DNA of 64,000 nucleotides, taken from Candidatus Syntropharchaeum sp. GTDB taxonomy: Archaea; Halobacteriota; Syntropharchaeia; Syntropharchaeales; Syntropharchaeaceae. Position numbers and translations under genes: made by a program. Position 1 is the stretch's first letter; each line of letters starts with the position of its first letter. The stretch spans positions 594-64,593 of the forward strand of contig JAOQII010000005.1 of the NCBI GenBank assembly GCA_026134025.1, in the 5' to 3' direction. This document shows positions 18,598 through 28,012 of the stretch, in pieces. A model generated the notes under the pieces. The model did not search any database and was not told the origin of the DNA. It saw only the letters and a program-made list of their open reading frames with translations.

Positions 18598-19888
18598 AAT
18601 AAAGTATTAACGGCAAAAGAAGCACGCCCATCGCATGGATTCTTCTAACACCCGCAAATGTTGGTATCATCCCAATTGTGATTGCCGTGAGAAATAAAAT
18701 AAGCCCAAATGTGCCTGATGATAGAATAACGAGTAGCGCGAGTAGAATAAGTATCGAGAGTGAGATATGGAGGTAATTGATCTTCTGGATGAGTTTTGGA
18801 ACAAGCCTGCCGAGCTGTATCGTTGTGATGTAGGATAAAAGTGATACGAGAAGTATTATTATGAGAAAAAGGTTTATTGTATCCACTGTCCACAAAGAAG
18901 GATCAACTACACCCTCTATCGCAACCATCGCACCGCTTCTTGGTCGATTTATTGTATAAAGAGCGATCAGTGCGAAGAGTGCGTTCGCGGTATTGACACC
19001 TGAGATCGAGAGTATGAACTCTTCATTTGATCCAGCCCTCTGACCCTCTTTTATGAGAATTCGCGATAGGAGTGTTGCGATAGCCGACGAGATCCCTGGC
19101 AGGAAGGCAACGATGCTACCTGCAAGACTTCCACCTGTTACACCCCTCAGAATCCGCCACCCTGGAAGGCTGAATCCGCCACGCTTCTGTGGAGGGATCG
19201 TTGTATGCGTGAGAATACTTATCACAAGCATCGATGCCCCAAAAAGTCCTGAAAAGAGCGGAAAGAGGACAGATGTCTCCATCCATCCAAGAATCGGATC
19301 TATTAACGGCTCACGCTCGAATGCGAGGATGCCTAAAATCCCTGAAAGGGCAAAAACTGCGATAGCATACGTCCTGTATCGCCATACAGCCAGTGACCCC
19401 TGTCCTTCTACAGTCACACCCCGTTCTGTGAGTATCATGATGAGAACGATTGTTATCAGGATCAGACCCATCTGATCGTATATGAGGGCATAGAAGTGTT
19501 TGAATAGGAAAAATAGTGGTACGAGGAATATCAGCGAGAGGATGATCGATGATGCACTCCCAAAAGCAGAAAGCCTTATTGCTTCCTCTCCTCTTCCTTC
19601 AAGCATCAGATGGTGGCCTGGCAGGACTGCGAGGGCTGTATCAGGTTCAGGCGCCCCAAGAAATATCGATGGGATAATATCAAGGAAGGTATGCGTTATC
19701 GAGTTTGTAAGGATGATCACAACGATATAAATCGACCCAATCCCAAAACCCTCTAAAAACGGAGCCGACGCTGCGAGAAGAAGTGCAAAGTTGTTTGTGT
19801 GAATCCCTGGTGTTAACCCCGAGATTACACCGAGAAGATAGCCTGCAAGTATCGATGATATCAGAAGGAGAATTGAGATATCCTGCAC
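18584..19888 (-). CDS. TctA-family (DUF112) integral membrane transporter
   Basis: 434-aa polytopic membrane protein with the GLTPGIH motif characteristic of tripartite tricarboxylate transporter TctA-like proteins. Confidence 0.6.
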   Translation of the reverse strand: MQDISILLLISSILAGYLLGVISGLTPGIHTNNFALLLAASAPFLEGFGIGSIYIVVIILTNSITHTFLDIIPSIFLGAPEPDTALAVLPGHHLMLEGRGEEAIRLSAFGSASSIILSLIFLVPLFFLFKHFYALIYDQMGLILITIVLIMILTERGVTVEGQGSLAVWRYRTYAIAVFALSGILGILAFEREPLIDPILGWMETSVLFPLFSGLFGASMLVISILTHTTIPPQKRGGFSLPGWRILRGVTGGSLAGSIVAFLPGISSAIATLLSRILIKEGQRAGSNEEFILSISGVNTANALFALIALYTINRPRSGAMVAIEGVVDPSLWTVDTINLFLIIILLVSLLSYITTIQLGRLVPKLIQKINYLHISLSILILLALLVILSSGTFGLILFLTAITIGMIPTFAGVRRIHAMGVLLLPLILYFIGF

Positions 19889-19942
19889 GGTTCTACTTGA
19901 TCTGGGTGTATTTAAGGTTTAAGTTTTACCATTCTGTTGATG

Positions 19943-19970
19943 CTGTAAATACACCTCTGTAAATACACCT
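19943..19970 (+). promoter_or_regulatory. two perfect tandem copies of CTGTAAATACACCT upstream of the hppA TATA box, a candidate regulator binding site
   Basis: Seen directly in the tctA-hppA divergent intergenic region. CTATATAAT lies at 19981-19989 and the hppA ATG at 20024. Confidence 0.45.
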
Positions 19971-20023
19971 TAAAGAGTAAACTATATAATACCCATCGTT
20001 AGATTGAATTAAGAGGGTTTATT

Positions 20024-22027
20024 ATGGATATTGTAATAATAACTACGGTCATCGGTTTAATCGCATTGATCGCTGCAGGAGTCCTATCATTTGGCGTGTT
20101 AAAAAAAGAGAAGGGATCTGAGGAGATGGTCAGGATCTCTGATGCGATACACGTCGGCGCGATGGCGTACCTGAATCGCCAGTATAAAACGATCGGTGCG
20201 CTTGCCGTTATCCTTTTTGTAATTCTTTATTTTGCGATAAACTCGCAAACAGCGATTGCTTTCGCTGCAGGAGCAGTTTTATCAGCTCTTGCAGGATATA
20301 TCGGGATGAATATATCGGTTAGGGCGAATGTTAGAACCGCGAATGCTGCCAAGAATGGTTTAAAAGATGCACTCACGATCGCTTTCAAGGGAGGGGCGGT
20401 GACAGGCTTATGTGTTGCAGGGCTTTCGCTTGCAGGTGTCAGTCTCTTCTACTACATATACCGCGATCCGATCCTTGTTGTCGGCTTTGGGTTTGGAGCA
20501 TGTCTTATCAGTCTATTTGCCAGGATCGGTGGTGGAATATATACAAAAGCCGCTGATGTGGGGGCAGACCTTGTTGGGAAGATCGAAGCAGGGATTCCGG
20601 AGGATGATCCCAGAAATCCAGCCGTGATCGCTGATAATGTCGGTGACAATGTCGGAGATTGTGCTGGTATGGGAGCAGATCTATTTGAGACGTATGCAGT
20701 GACCGCGATCGGGGCGATGCTTCTTGGAGATTTGCTGTACCCGGGTTTAGAAGCTTATATCCTGTATCCACTCGTTCTCGGGGCGGTCGCGATAATAGCT
20801 TCAATAATTGGTATCTTTTTTGTGAGGCTCGGTAAGCGCGAGAATATAATGGCAGCACTCTACAAGGGACTTCTCGCTTCAGGTGTGCTTGCCGCGATCG
20901 GGTTCTATTTTGTGACATCGTGGTTAATTCCTGCTGAAGATGTATCTGGATTATTCATTGCGACATTACTTGGTCTTTTGATCGCGATTATACTCTTTGT
21001 AATCACAGAATACTACACCTCAACGGGTTTTAATCCCGTGGTCAAGCTTGCAGAGTCTGCCCAGAGTGGTTCAGCAGTTACAATCATAAACGGGCTTGCA
21101 CTTGGGTTCGAAGCTACTGCATTGCCTGTCCTGATTATATGCGGTGGTATAATTGGATCATTCTATTTTGGTGGGGGGCTTTACGGTATTGCGATCGCTG
21201 CGATGGGCATGATCTCACTTACAGGTGTGATTATCGCACTCGACTCGTACGGTCCGATCACCGATAACGCGGGTGGCATCGCCGAGATGACAAACCTCCA
21301 CGAGGATGTGCGAAAGGTGACAGATGCGCTGGATGCGGTTGGAAACACGACAAAGGCGGTTACAAAGGCATTTGCGATAGGTTCTGCAGGACTTGCTGCG
21401 GTGACGCTCTTTGTGGCTTATGTCCAGGAACTTGAGAATGTTGGGTTAAATCTCATATTTGAGCTTCAGGATCCGCTCGTTGTGGTGGGACTTCTGATCG
21501 GTGGACTTATACCATTTTTATTCTCTGCAAGGTGCCTGAAAGCTGTCGGAAATGCCGCATTTGATGTGGTCGATGAGGTCAGGCGACAGTTTAGAGAGAT
21601 AGAGGGAATAATGGAAGGAACTGGAAAACCAGATTATGCAAGGTGTGTAGATCTCGTGACAAGAGCTGCGTTGAGGGAATTTGTGGTTCCTGGTGCGATT
21701 GCTGTCATCTCACCAATTCTTGTTGGGTTCATACTCGGACCTGTGGCACTCGGTGGACTGCTTCTCGGCTCGATCATTACAGGGCTTCTTCTTGCACTTC
21801 ACATGGCAACAGCAGGTGCTGCATGGGATAACGCAAAGAAATACGTGGAGGACGGACATCTCGGAGGAAAAGGATCGGATACGCATAAAGCCACGGTTGT
21901 TGGCGATACAGTTGGAGATCCATACAAAGATACAGCAGGTCCTGCCATAAATCCGCTGATAAAGGTTATGAACACCCTTGCCCTACTTATGGCAGGCGTG
22001 ATTGGATCAGGTTTGATCCTCATGTGA
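20024..22027 (+). CDS. hppA: membrane-bound proton/sodium-translocating pyrophosphatase
   Basis: 667-aa polytopic protein with the [18 protein letters not shown] and [20 protein letters not shown]-PPase signatures. Confidence 0.9.
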   Translation: MDIVIITTVIGLIALIAAGVLSFGVLKKEKGSEEMVRISDAIHVGAMAYLNRQYKTIGALAVILFVILYFAINSQTAIAFAAGAVLSALAGYIGMNISVRANVRTANAAKNGLKDALTIAFKGGAVTGLCVAGLSLAGVSLFYYIYRDPILVVGFGFGACLISLFARIGGGIYTKAADVGADLVGKIEAGIPEDDPRNPAVIADNVGDNVGDCAGMGADLFETYAVTAIGAMLLGDLLYPGLEAYILYPLVLGAVAIIASIIGIFFVRLGKRENIMAALYKGLLASGVLAAIGFYFVTSWLIPAEDVSGLFIATLLGLLIAIILFVITEYYTSTGFNPVVKLAESAQSGSAVTIINGLALGFEATALPVLIICGGIIGSFYFGGGLYGIAIAAMGMISLTGVIIALDSYGPITDNAGGIAEMTNLHEDVRKVTDALDAVGNTTKAVTKAFAIGSAGLAAVTLFVAYVQELENVGLNLIFELQDPLVVVGLLIGGLIPFLFSARCLKAVGNAAFDVVDEVRRQFREIEGIMEGTGKPDYARCVDLVTRAALREFVVPGAIAVISPILVGFILGPVALGGLLLGSIITGLLLALHMATAGAAWDNAKKYVEDGHLGGKGSDTHKATVVGDTVGDPYKDTAGPAINPLIKVMNTLALLMAGVIGSGLILM

Positions 22028-22037
22028 GGACGTGAAG

Positions 22038-22598
22038 ATGTACTTCAAGACACGATTGATAAACACGGTAAGGGTTCCACCAGATCTTCTCGGATGTGAA
22101 CTGGATCTTGTGATAAAGGATCTCCTCTGCGAGAGTCTGGAGGGGAGGATCAATAAGAAACTTGGTATGATCGTGGTTATAATCAATCTTGTCGAGATCG
22201 GCGAGGGAAAGATTTTAACAGGGGACGGTGGAATCTATTATGAAACGACATTTGATGCACTCGTTTACAGGCCTCAGATACAGGAGCTTGTCAAGGGGAG
22301 GGTTGTTGAGATTGTAAACTTTGGAGCGTTCGTTGAGATAGGACCAATGGATGGGCTTGTACACGTCAGCCAGATCTCTGATGATTTCATATCGTACGAT
22401 GAGAAGAACGGGCGTCTTGTATGCCGGGAGAGTAACAGAGCGATTTCTGTGGGAGACGGTCTCATGGCACGTATCGTCGCAGTGAGCCTGAACGAGACAG
22501 ACCCGGGCGAGAGTAAGATCGGACTTACGATGCGGCAACCAGCACTCGGCAAGTTTGAATGGATAGAAGAAGATAGAAGGAGAGCTGAGAGTGACTGA
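22038..22598 (+). CDS. rpoE: DNA-directed RNA polymerase subunit E' (Rpo7)
   Basis: MYFKTRLINTVRVPP N-terminus, S1/OB domain, and the gene is followed by spt4. The second ATG is preferred over the tracked start. Confidence 0.8.
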   Translation: MYFKTRLINTVRVPPDLLGCELDLVIKDLLCESLEGRINKKLGMIVVIINLVEIGEGKILTGDGGIYYETTFDALVYRPQIQELVKGRVVEIVNFGAFVEIGPMDGLVHVSQISDDFISYDEKNGRLVCRESNRAISVGDGLMARIVAVSLNETDPGESKIGLTMRQPALGKFEWIEEDRRRAESD

Positions 22599-22782
22599 GC
22601 AGGCGTGTAGAGAATGTCACAGGGTCTTTGACAGGAAAGAGAGGTCAACCTGTATCTGTGGATCATCGTCTCTCAGTAATGACTGGTCTGGTTTTGCCAT
22701 AATCATCGATTGCAAGCGGTCAAAGATCGCAGAAAAGCTAAATATCGATCTGCCAGGTCACTATGCGCTGAAAGTGCGGTAG
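22591..22782 (+). CDS. spt4: transcription elongation factor Spt4 (RNAP subunit E'')
   Basis: 63 aa, CRECHRV...CICG zinc ribbon, immediately downstream of rpoE as in archaea. Confidence 0.7.
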   Translation: MTEQACRECHRVFDRKERSTCICGSSSLSNDWSGFAIIIDCKRSKIAEKLNIDLPGHYALKVR

Positions 22783-22789
22783 TTTTTAG

Positions 22790-24457
22790 ATGAGTGAGAT
22801 CCTTTTCATCGATTTTGCAGAAGTTTGCAGTAAGATAGAGGAGCTATCTGGATCAATCGCAATAACAGAGATTGTATCGGATTTTTTCAAATGCCTGGAT
22901 GACGATGAACTGTCTATAGCTTCTCATTTTATAATGGGGAAGGTATTTCCAGAGTGGAGTCCGTATGAGATGGGGGTTGGTCCAGGCCTCCTGTACGAAG
23001 CTGCAAAACTTGCATACACCGTGGGAAAAAACGAAATAAACGACATCCTCAGAAGTACGGGTGATATTGGAAGAACATTTCAAGAATTATCGAAGCGGCG
23101 TACGCAGCAGACGCTCTTTGTCGAGAAACTTACAATAAAGAGCGTCAATGCAAGTTTTGTTGAGATCGCAAAGAGAGAGGGAAAAGGGTCACAGAAGATG
23201 AAAATCCGATTGCTTGCTGACCTTTTTCTTCAGGCAACTCCTCTTGAGGCGCGATACCTTGCAAGGCTCGTTCTCGAGGAGTTGAGGATCGGGGTGGGCG
23301 AGGGGATCGTGAGAGATGCGATCGCAAGGGCTTTTGAAGTAGATGTTCGGCTTGTTGAGCGTGCACTGATGATTACAAACGATCCTGGCGTTGTTGCGAC
23401 ATTTTCAAGAAATTATGGTAACGATGGGCTTGAATCGGTGGAACTTTATCCGATGAGACCTGTCAAGATGATGCTTGCCCAGGTTGCAGAGGGGATCGAG
23501 GATGCACTCACACAGATCCCTTCGCCTGCCATTGAATGGAAGTTTGATGGAACACGGGTTCAGATTCATAAGTACGATGGCGAGATTAAGATATACTCGA
23601 GGAAACTTGAGAACGTGACAAAGTCCATCCCTGAGATTGTAGCGGTTGTGAAGCGTGAGTTCGTTGCAGATAGTGTGATCCTTGATGGAGAGGTGATAGC
23701 GATCGATGAAGATGGAAAGCCGAGACCTTTCCAGGATATTTTGCGGCGATTCAGGCGGAAGTACCGGGTTGAAGAGATGCAAAACTTAATTCCACTTCAT
23801 CTTCACATTTTTGATATACTCTACCTTGATGGAAGAACACTTATAGATCTCCCCTTAAGCGAGCGTCGCCAGATTCTTGAGAAAATTGCAGTTTCAGGTG
23901 ATGCACCGATCGCAGAACATTATCTTGTAGAAGACGTCAGTGCGATCGAGACGATCTACAATGAAGCGATCGATGCAGGTCATGAAGGCGTCATGGTGAA
24001 GAATCGGGATTCGAGATACACCCCTGGTAAGCGGGGGAAGAACTGGCTAAAGATTAAGCCGTTGATGGAGACACTTGATCTTGTGGTTGTTGGTGGAGAA
24101 TGGGGAGAGGGGAGACGGGCAAATTTAATCGGATCATACACACTCGCATGTCTTGACCCCGAGCGTGATAAACTCCTTAAAATCGGGCGTGTCGGGACAG
24201 GGCTAACGGATGAGAAGCTTCTTGAGTTCACAGAGATATTCTCTGATCTCGTAATAGGGGAGGATGGATCTGAGATTGTATTTAAGCCAGCGATCGTGTT
24301 TGAGCTGGCTTATGAAGAGATCCAGAAGAGCACGAAGTATGATTCAGGATACGCGCTGCGGTTCCCGAGAGTAATCAGGTTGAGGGAGGATAAGTCTGTG
24401 GAGGATGCAGATACGATCGAGCGGGTTGAACGTCTCTATAAAAAGAGGTTTGAATGA
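22790..24457 (+). CDS. lig: ATP-dependent DNA ligase
   Basis: KxDG adenylation motif (EWKFDGTRVQI) and OB-fold C-terminus. 555 aa. Confidence 0.9.
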   Translation: MSEILFIDFAEVCSKIEELSGSIAITEIVSDFFKCLDDDELSIASHFIMGKVFPEWSPYEMGVGPGLLYEAAKLAYTVGKNEINDILRSTGDIGRTFQELSKRRTQQTLFVEKLTIKSVNASFVEIAKREGKGSQKMKIRLLADLFLQATPLEARYLARLVLEELRIGVGEGIVRDAIARAFEVDVRLVERALMITNDPGVVATFSRNYGNDGLESVELYPMRPVKMMLAQVAEGIEDALTQIPSPAIEWKFDGTRVQIHKYDGEIKIYSRKLENVTKSIPEIVAVVKREFVADSVILDGEVIAIDEDGKPRPFQDILRRFRRKYRVEEMQNLIPLHLHIFDILYLDGRTLIDLPLSERRQILEKIAVSGDAPIAEHYLVEDVSAIETIYNEAIDAGHEGVMVKNRDSRYTPGKRGKNWLKIKPLMETLDLVVVGGEWGEGRRANLIGSYTLACLDPERDKLLKIGRVGTGLTDEKLLEFTEIFSDLVIGEDGSEIVFKPAIVFELAYEEIQKSTKYDSGYALRFPRVIRLREDKSVEDADTIERVERLYKKRFE

Positions 24458-25125
24458 AGATACGAAGGCCTTATGTCGTGATGATCTCAGAGGTCACGGT
24501 GGATGGTAAGCTCACGCTCAAGCGCGGGATGTCAAGCAAGATCATCATGTCCGTGATGGATGAGGAGGCTGATATTTACCTCCACCGTGAGCGTGCAAGA
24601 TCAGATGCGATCATGGTTGGTTGCAACACAATAAAGATCGATAACTCATATCTCACGGTTAGGTATATCGAGGGAGCAAACCCGATAAGGGTGATACCCT
24701 GTAGTAATGCCGATCTACCGCTGGATTCAAATGTCCTGAAAGGGGATGCGCCGACGATAATAGCGGTCTCAGAAGCTGCAAAAGAGGAGAACGTTGAGCA
24801 TATCCGATCAATGGGAGTTGAAGTCTGGATTTGCGGTGAGAGAAAAGTTGATCTCGTGCTACTTCTTGAAAAACTCTTCGAGCGAGGTGTTAAAAGACTC
24901 ATGCTTGAGGGTGGTCCCACACTTGCGTGGGAGATGATCAATAAGAGGCTCATCGATGAGGTGAAGCTTATTCACATGCCTTTTATTGTTGGAGGCTGGG
25001 ATACACCAACGCTCTTTGGGGGCGAAGGTGTTGGTGAGCTAAATAAGGTAATCCATGCAGAGCTTGAGCGGTATTTTCTATGCGGGAAGCATCTCATAAC
25101 AGAGTACAGGGTGGTATATCAATGA
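24454..25125 (+). CDS. 2,5-diamino-6-ribosylamino-4(3H)-pyrimidinone 5'-phosphate reductase (RibD C-terminal domain, DHFR-like)
   Basis: Archaeal riboflavin or F420 pathway reductase family (RibD_C fold; VDGKLTLK...MLEGGPTL). Confidence 0.65.
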   Translation: MKIRRPYVVMISEVTVDGKLTLKRGMSSKIIMSVMDEEADIYLHRERARSDAIMVGCNTIKIDNSYLTVRYIEGANPIRVIPCSNADLPLDSNVLKGDAPTIIAVSEAAKEENVEHIRSMGVEVWICGERKVDLVLLLEKLFERGVKRLMLEGGPTLAWEMINKRLIDEVKLIHMPFIVGGWDTPTLFGGEGVGELNKVIHAELERYFLCGKHLITEYRVVYQ

Positions 25126-25718
25126 GTATAGAAGCAGGATTGAGAAGTGAAGTGGACAGAAAAGGTGATACAAGCTTGAAGATCGCATGGGGAATCACGG
25201 GAAGTGGAGATAGGATAGAAGAGACCGTCGAGTTTATGGAACAGATAAAGGAGAGGTACAATCTTGATATAGTTCCCTATGCATCGAAGGAGGGGGAGGT
25301 AGTCTTAAAATTCTACAAGCTTCTAAATAGAGTTAAGGAAGGTTTTCCAGGATATAAAGTTGAGCGAAGTTCAAACGCCCCATTTCTTGCAGCAAAACTC
25401 CAGATGGGTGAGTATGACCTCTTTATAATCTGTCCTGCGACCGCAAATACCGTTGCAAAGATCGCACACGGGATCGCAGACTCCCTCCTATCAAACTCTG
25501 CTGCTCAGGCGATGAAAGTGGGAGTTCCTGTCTACATTTATCCGGTTGATCAGAAGGTGGGAGAGATGACAACGATCCTGCCTGACGGGCGGGAGATGAA
25601 GCTCAAGATACGGGAAGAAGATGTTAAAAATACCGATGCACTCCGCGATATGGAAGGGATGACGGTATTAAATACGATCGATGAGATAGAAGGAGTTGTT
25701 TCAGAATGGAAGAAGTGA
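25122..25718 (+). CDS. afpA: archaeoflavoprotein AfpA (flavoprotein, CoaC-like fold)
   Basis: KIAWGITGSGDRI ... CPATANTVAKIA motifs of the Flavoprotein family. Start set at the ATG at 25122 inside the longer tracked ORF. Confidence 0.65.
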   Translation: MSIEAGLRSEVDRKGDTSLKIAWGITGSGDRIEETVEFMEQIKERYNLDIVPYASKEGEVVLKFYKLLNRVKEGFPGYKVERSSNAPFLAAKLQMGEYDLFIICPATANTVAKIAHGIADSLLSNSAAQAMKVGVPVYIYPVDQKVGEMTTILPDGREMKLKIREEDVKNTDALRDMEGMTVLNTIDEIEGVVSEWKK

Positions 25719-26596
25719 AGATGGAAACGGCAGAGGTTGAGGGAAGAGCTGTTCAGTGGGATCCGACACAGCTTCGGAAGATACAATCGCACCCATGTTT
25801 CAGCAAAGAGGCGATGCACCTTTTTGGAAGGATACATCTACCTGTCGCACCAAAATGTAATATCCAGTGTAATTACTGTGTTCGTAAGTTTGATTGTGTG
25901 AATGAGTCGCGACCAGGTGTTACAAGCACAATCTTAACGCCAGAGGAGGCTGTTCATCGAGTAAGAGAGGTTATCAAGGAGCACCATTACATAAAGGTCG
26001 TTGGGGTTGCAGGGCCTGGTGAGCCGCTCTTCAATGAGGAGACCTTTGAGACGTTCAGGCTCGTTAAGGATGAGTTTCCACAGCTTCTCAGGTGCATCAG
26101 CACAAACGGACTTCTTCTTCCAGAACGAATCGAGGATCTTGATGAGATCGGTATAAGCACGGTCACAGTCACGATGAACGCCGTAGATCCCACGATCGGT
26201 GAAAAAATATACACATTCGTTGAGTATGAAGGAAAAAGATACAGAGGAAGGGAGGCAGCAGAGATCCTCCTTGAAAACCAGCTTAAGGGGATAGAAGAGG
26301 CTTTGAAGCGGAAGATGATCGTCAAGGTGAATACTGTTTTAATACCGACTGTAAATGAAGATCACATCGTAGAAGTTGCAAAGAAGGTCGGTGAGATGGG
26401 TGTATACCTGCAGAATGTCCTTCCCCTGATCCCACAGTATAAGTTCAAGGATATCACACCGCCAGGCCCTGCTGATAAGAAGCGGATTCAGGATGCCTGT
26501 GAGCCTTATGTCAGGCAGATGACGCATTGCAGGCAGTGTCGGGCTGATGCGATCGGAAAACTCGGAAAGGATCTTAAGGGATGCTGGGAGAAGTAG
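25706..26596 (+). CDS. NifB-family radical SAM protein (stand-alone radical SAM domain)
   Basis: HPCFS...AHxxFGRIHLPVAPKCNIQCNYCVRKFDCVNESRPGV is the NifB N-terminal signature with the CxxxCxxC cluster. 296 aa, the minimal archaeal NifB size. Confidence 0.75.
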   Translation: MEEVKMETAEVEGRAVQWDPTQLRKIQSHPCFSKEAMHLFGRIHLPVAPKCNIQCNYCVRKFDCVNESRPGVTSTILTPEEAVHRVREVIKEHHYIKVVGVAGPGEPLFNEETFETFRLVKDEFPQLLRCISTNGLLLPERIEDLDEIGISTVTVTMNAVDPTIGEKIYTFVEYEGKRYRGREAAEILLENQLKGIEEALKRKMIVKVNTVLIPTVNEDHIVEVAKKVGEMGVYLQNVLPLIPQYKFKDITPPGPADKKRIQDACEPYVRQMTHCRQCRADAIGKLGKDLKGCWEK

Positions 26597-26674
26597 AAAA
26601 CTGAGATCCCTTCTCAAAAGAAAGTATTCTCAATACCGAAAACTTTATGGAGAGAAAGGTTACATTCAATCATT

Positions 26675-28009
26675 ATGAATGATGCGGATCAGGTCACGAT
26701 ATACAACGATAGAGGAGATCCTCTTGCAGAAGATATACCGATTGATGCACTGAGCCCATACCGGAATCAGGCTATCAGAGCGATCCTCCATACATTGAAG
26801 CGTACCGCTATAATCGATTTAAACAAGCTTGAGACCTCACTGAGAAATGGCAGTGTGGGAAATACAATGGCTATCGGTGGTGAATGCAGGATACCGGGCA
26901 GAGAAGTTGATCTACCGATCAAGGAACATGCTGATTCTATCGCGGATCGGGTGCTTGGGATGCTCAGGGTCTCGGATGATGATGACGCAATGGTTGAGCG
27001 GCTCGATTCCTTACTCATCGTCCAGATACCGTCTCTCGTTGTTGCAACTGGAACAGGATACACGCAGGCATATTTGCTTCCAGCAACCGCGCTTGCCCAT
27101 GCGATCATCGATGAGTTCGATCTCGGGATATTCGATGGTGTGGATATGATCAAATCCGCGATCATGGGCAGGTACCCACAGACCATTGAACCATCAGGTG
27201 GGGCAGTCTCGATGCTCATCTCGTTTCCTTCGAGTGTCGAGGGGGCAGGGGTTGGGTACCGATCACTCTCTGTCAATACGATCGTTGCTTTAACCCACAG
27301 AAGGACCTTTGATGCGGTTGCCTTAAGTTCGGTACTTGAGCATGCAGCAGCGTTTGAGTCGGGTGCCGCGATGGGTCCCTACAGGCGTTATCATCTCATG
27401 GGCATGGCTTATCAGGGATTCAACGCAGGGAATATGGTCTATGAACTTGTGCGAGATCATGGAAAGGGTACAGTTGTTGATATCATCGAGGATGTTATCG
27501 CTCGTTCGATCGAAGATCGTGTGATCAAACTTGAGAAAGAGCTCCCCTCAGGGTATGGTATGTACTCGGCATCTGATGCATCGATGTGGAACGCTTATGC
27601 ATCTGCAGGCCTTCTTGCTACAGCGATCCAGAACGCAGGTGCATCAAGATCTGCTCAGGGTACGCCGTCTGCGATGCAGTTCTACGCCGATCTTCTTGCG
27701 ATGGCAACATCCCTACCTGAAGTTGATTTTGGAAAGGTGATCGGGACCGCGATGGTCTTCAACTGGCTAACGCATAATTCTTATGGGGGTGGTGAGGTCG
27801 GGATCTTCTCTGGTGAGCATGTGGTAACCAAAGGCTCGAAGGGCTTTATAATGCCGTGTGCCGCTGCTTCGATGTGTCTCGATGCTGGTACGATGATGTA
27901 TATGCCAGAGGTCACATCAAAGAATATGTTCAAGCTTACAGAGGTTCTTCCAAGCCTACAGGATCCATTTTCACGGATTGCAGAGGCTGCAAAGGAGATT
28001 GGGGGTTAA
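26675..28009 (+). CDS. mcrB: methyl/alkyl-coenzyme M reductase beta subunit
   Basis: 444 aa, collinear with McrB (…LSPYRNQAIRAIL…, …MGPYRRYHLMGMAYQGFNAGN…, …KGFIMPCAAASMCLDAGT…). Confidence 0.85.
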   Translation: MNDADQVTIYNDRGDPLAEDIPIDALSPYRNQAIRAILHTLKRTAIIDLNKLETSLRNGSVGNTMAIGGECRIPGREVDLPIKEHADSIADRVLGMLRVSDDDDAMVERLDSLLIVQIPSLVVATGTGYTQAYLLPATALAHAIIDEFDLGIFDGVDMIKSAIMGRYPQTIEPSGGAVSMLISFPSSVEGAGVGYRSLSVNTIVALTHRRTFDAVALSSVLEHAAAFESGAAMGPYRRYHLMGMAYQGFNAGNMVYELVRDHGKGTVVDIIEDVIARSIEDRVIKLEKELPSGYGMYSASDASMWNAYASAGLLATAIQNAGASRSAQGTPSAMQFYADLLAMATSLPEVDFGKVIGTAMVFNWLTHNSYGGGEVGIFSGEHVVTKGSKGFIMPCAAASMCLDAGTMMYMPEVTSKNMFKLTEVLPSLQDPFSRIAEAAKEIGG

Positions 28010-28012
28010 AGC

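Noticed and set aside
19943-19970. Tandem repeat considered as a CRISPR array
   Set aside because: Only two adjacent copies with no spacers and no cas genes. Interpreted as an operator-like repeat instead. No CRISPR array exists anywhere in the window.
25080-25121. Tracked afpA start at 25080 (MREASHNRVQGGIS…)
   Set aside because: It overlaps the upstream reductase gene by 46 nt. The ATG at 25122 gives a typical AfpA N-terminus.
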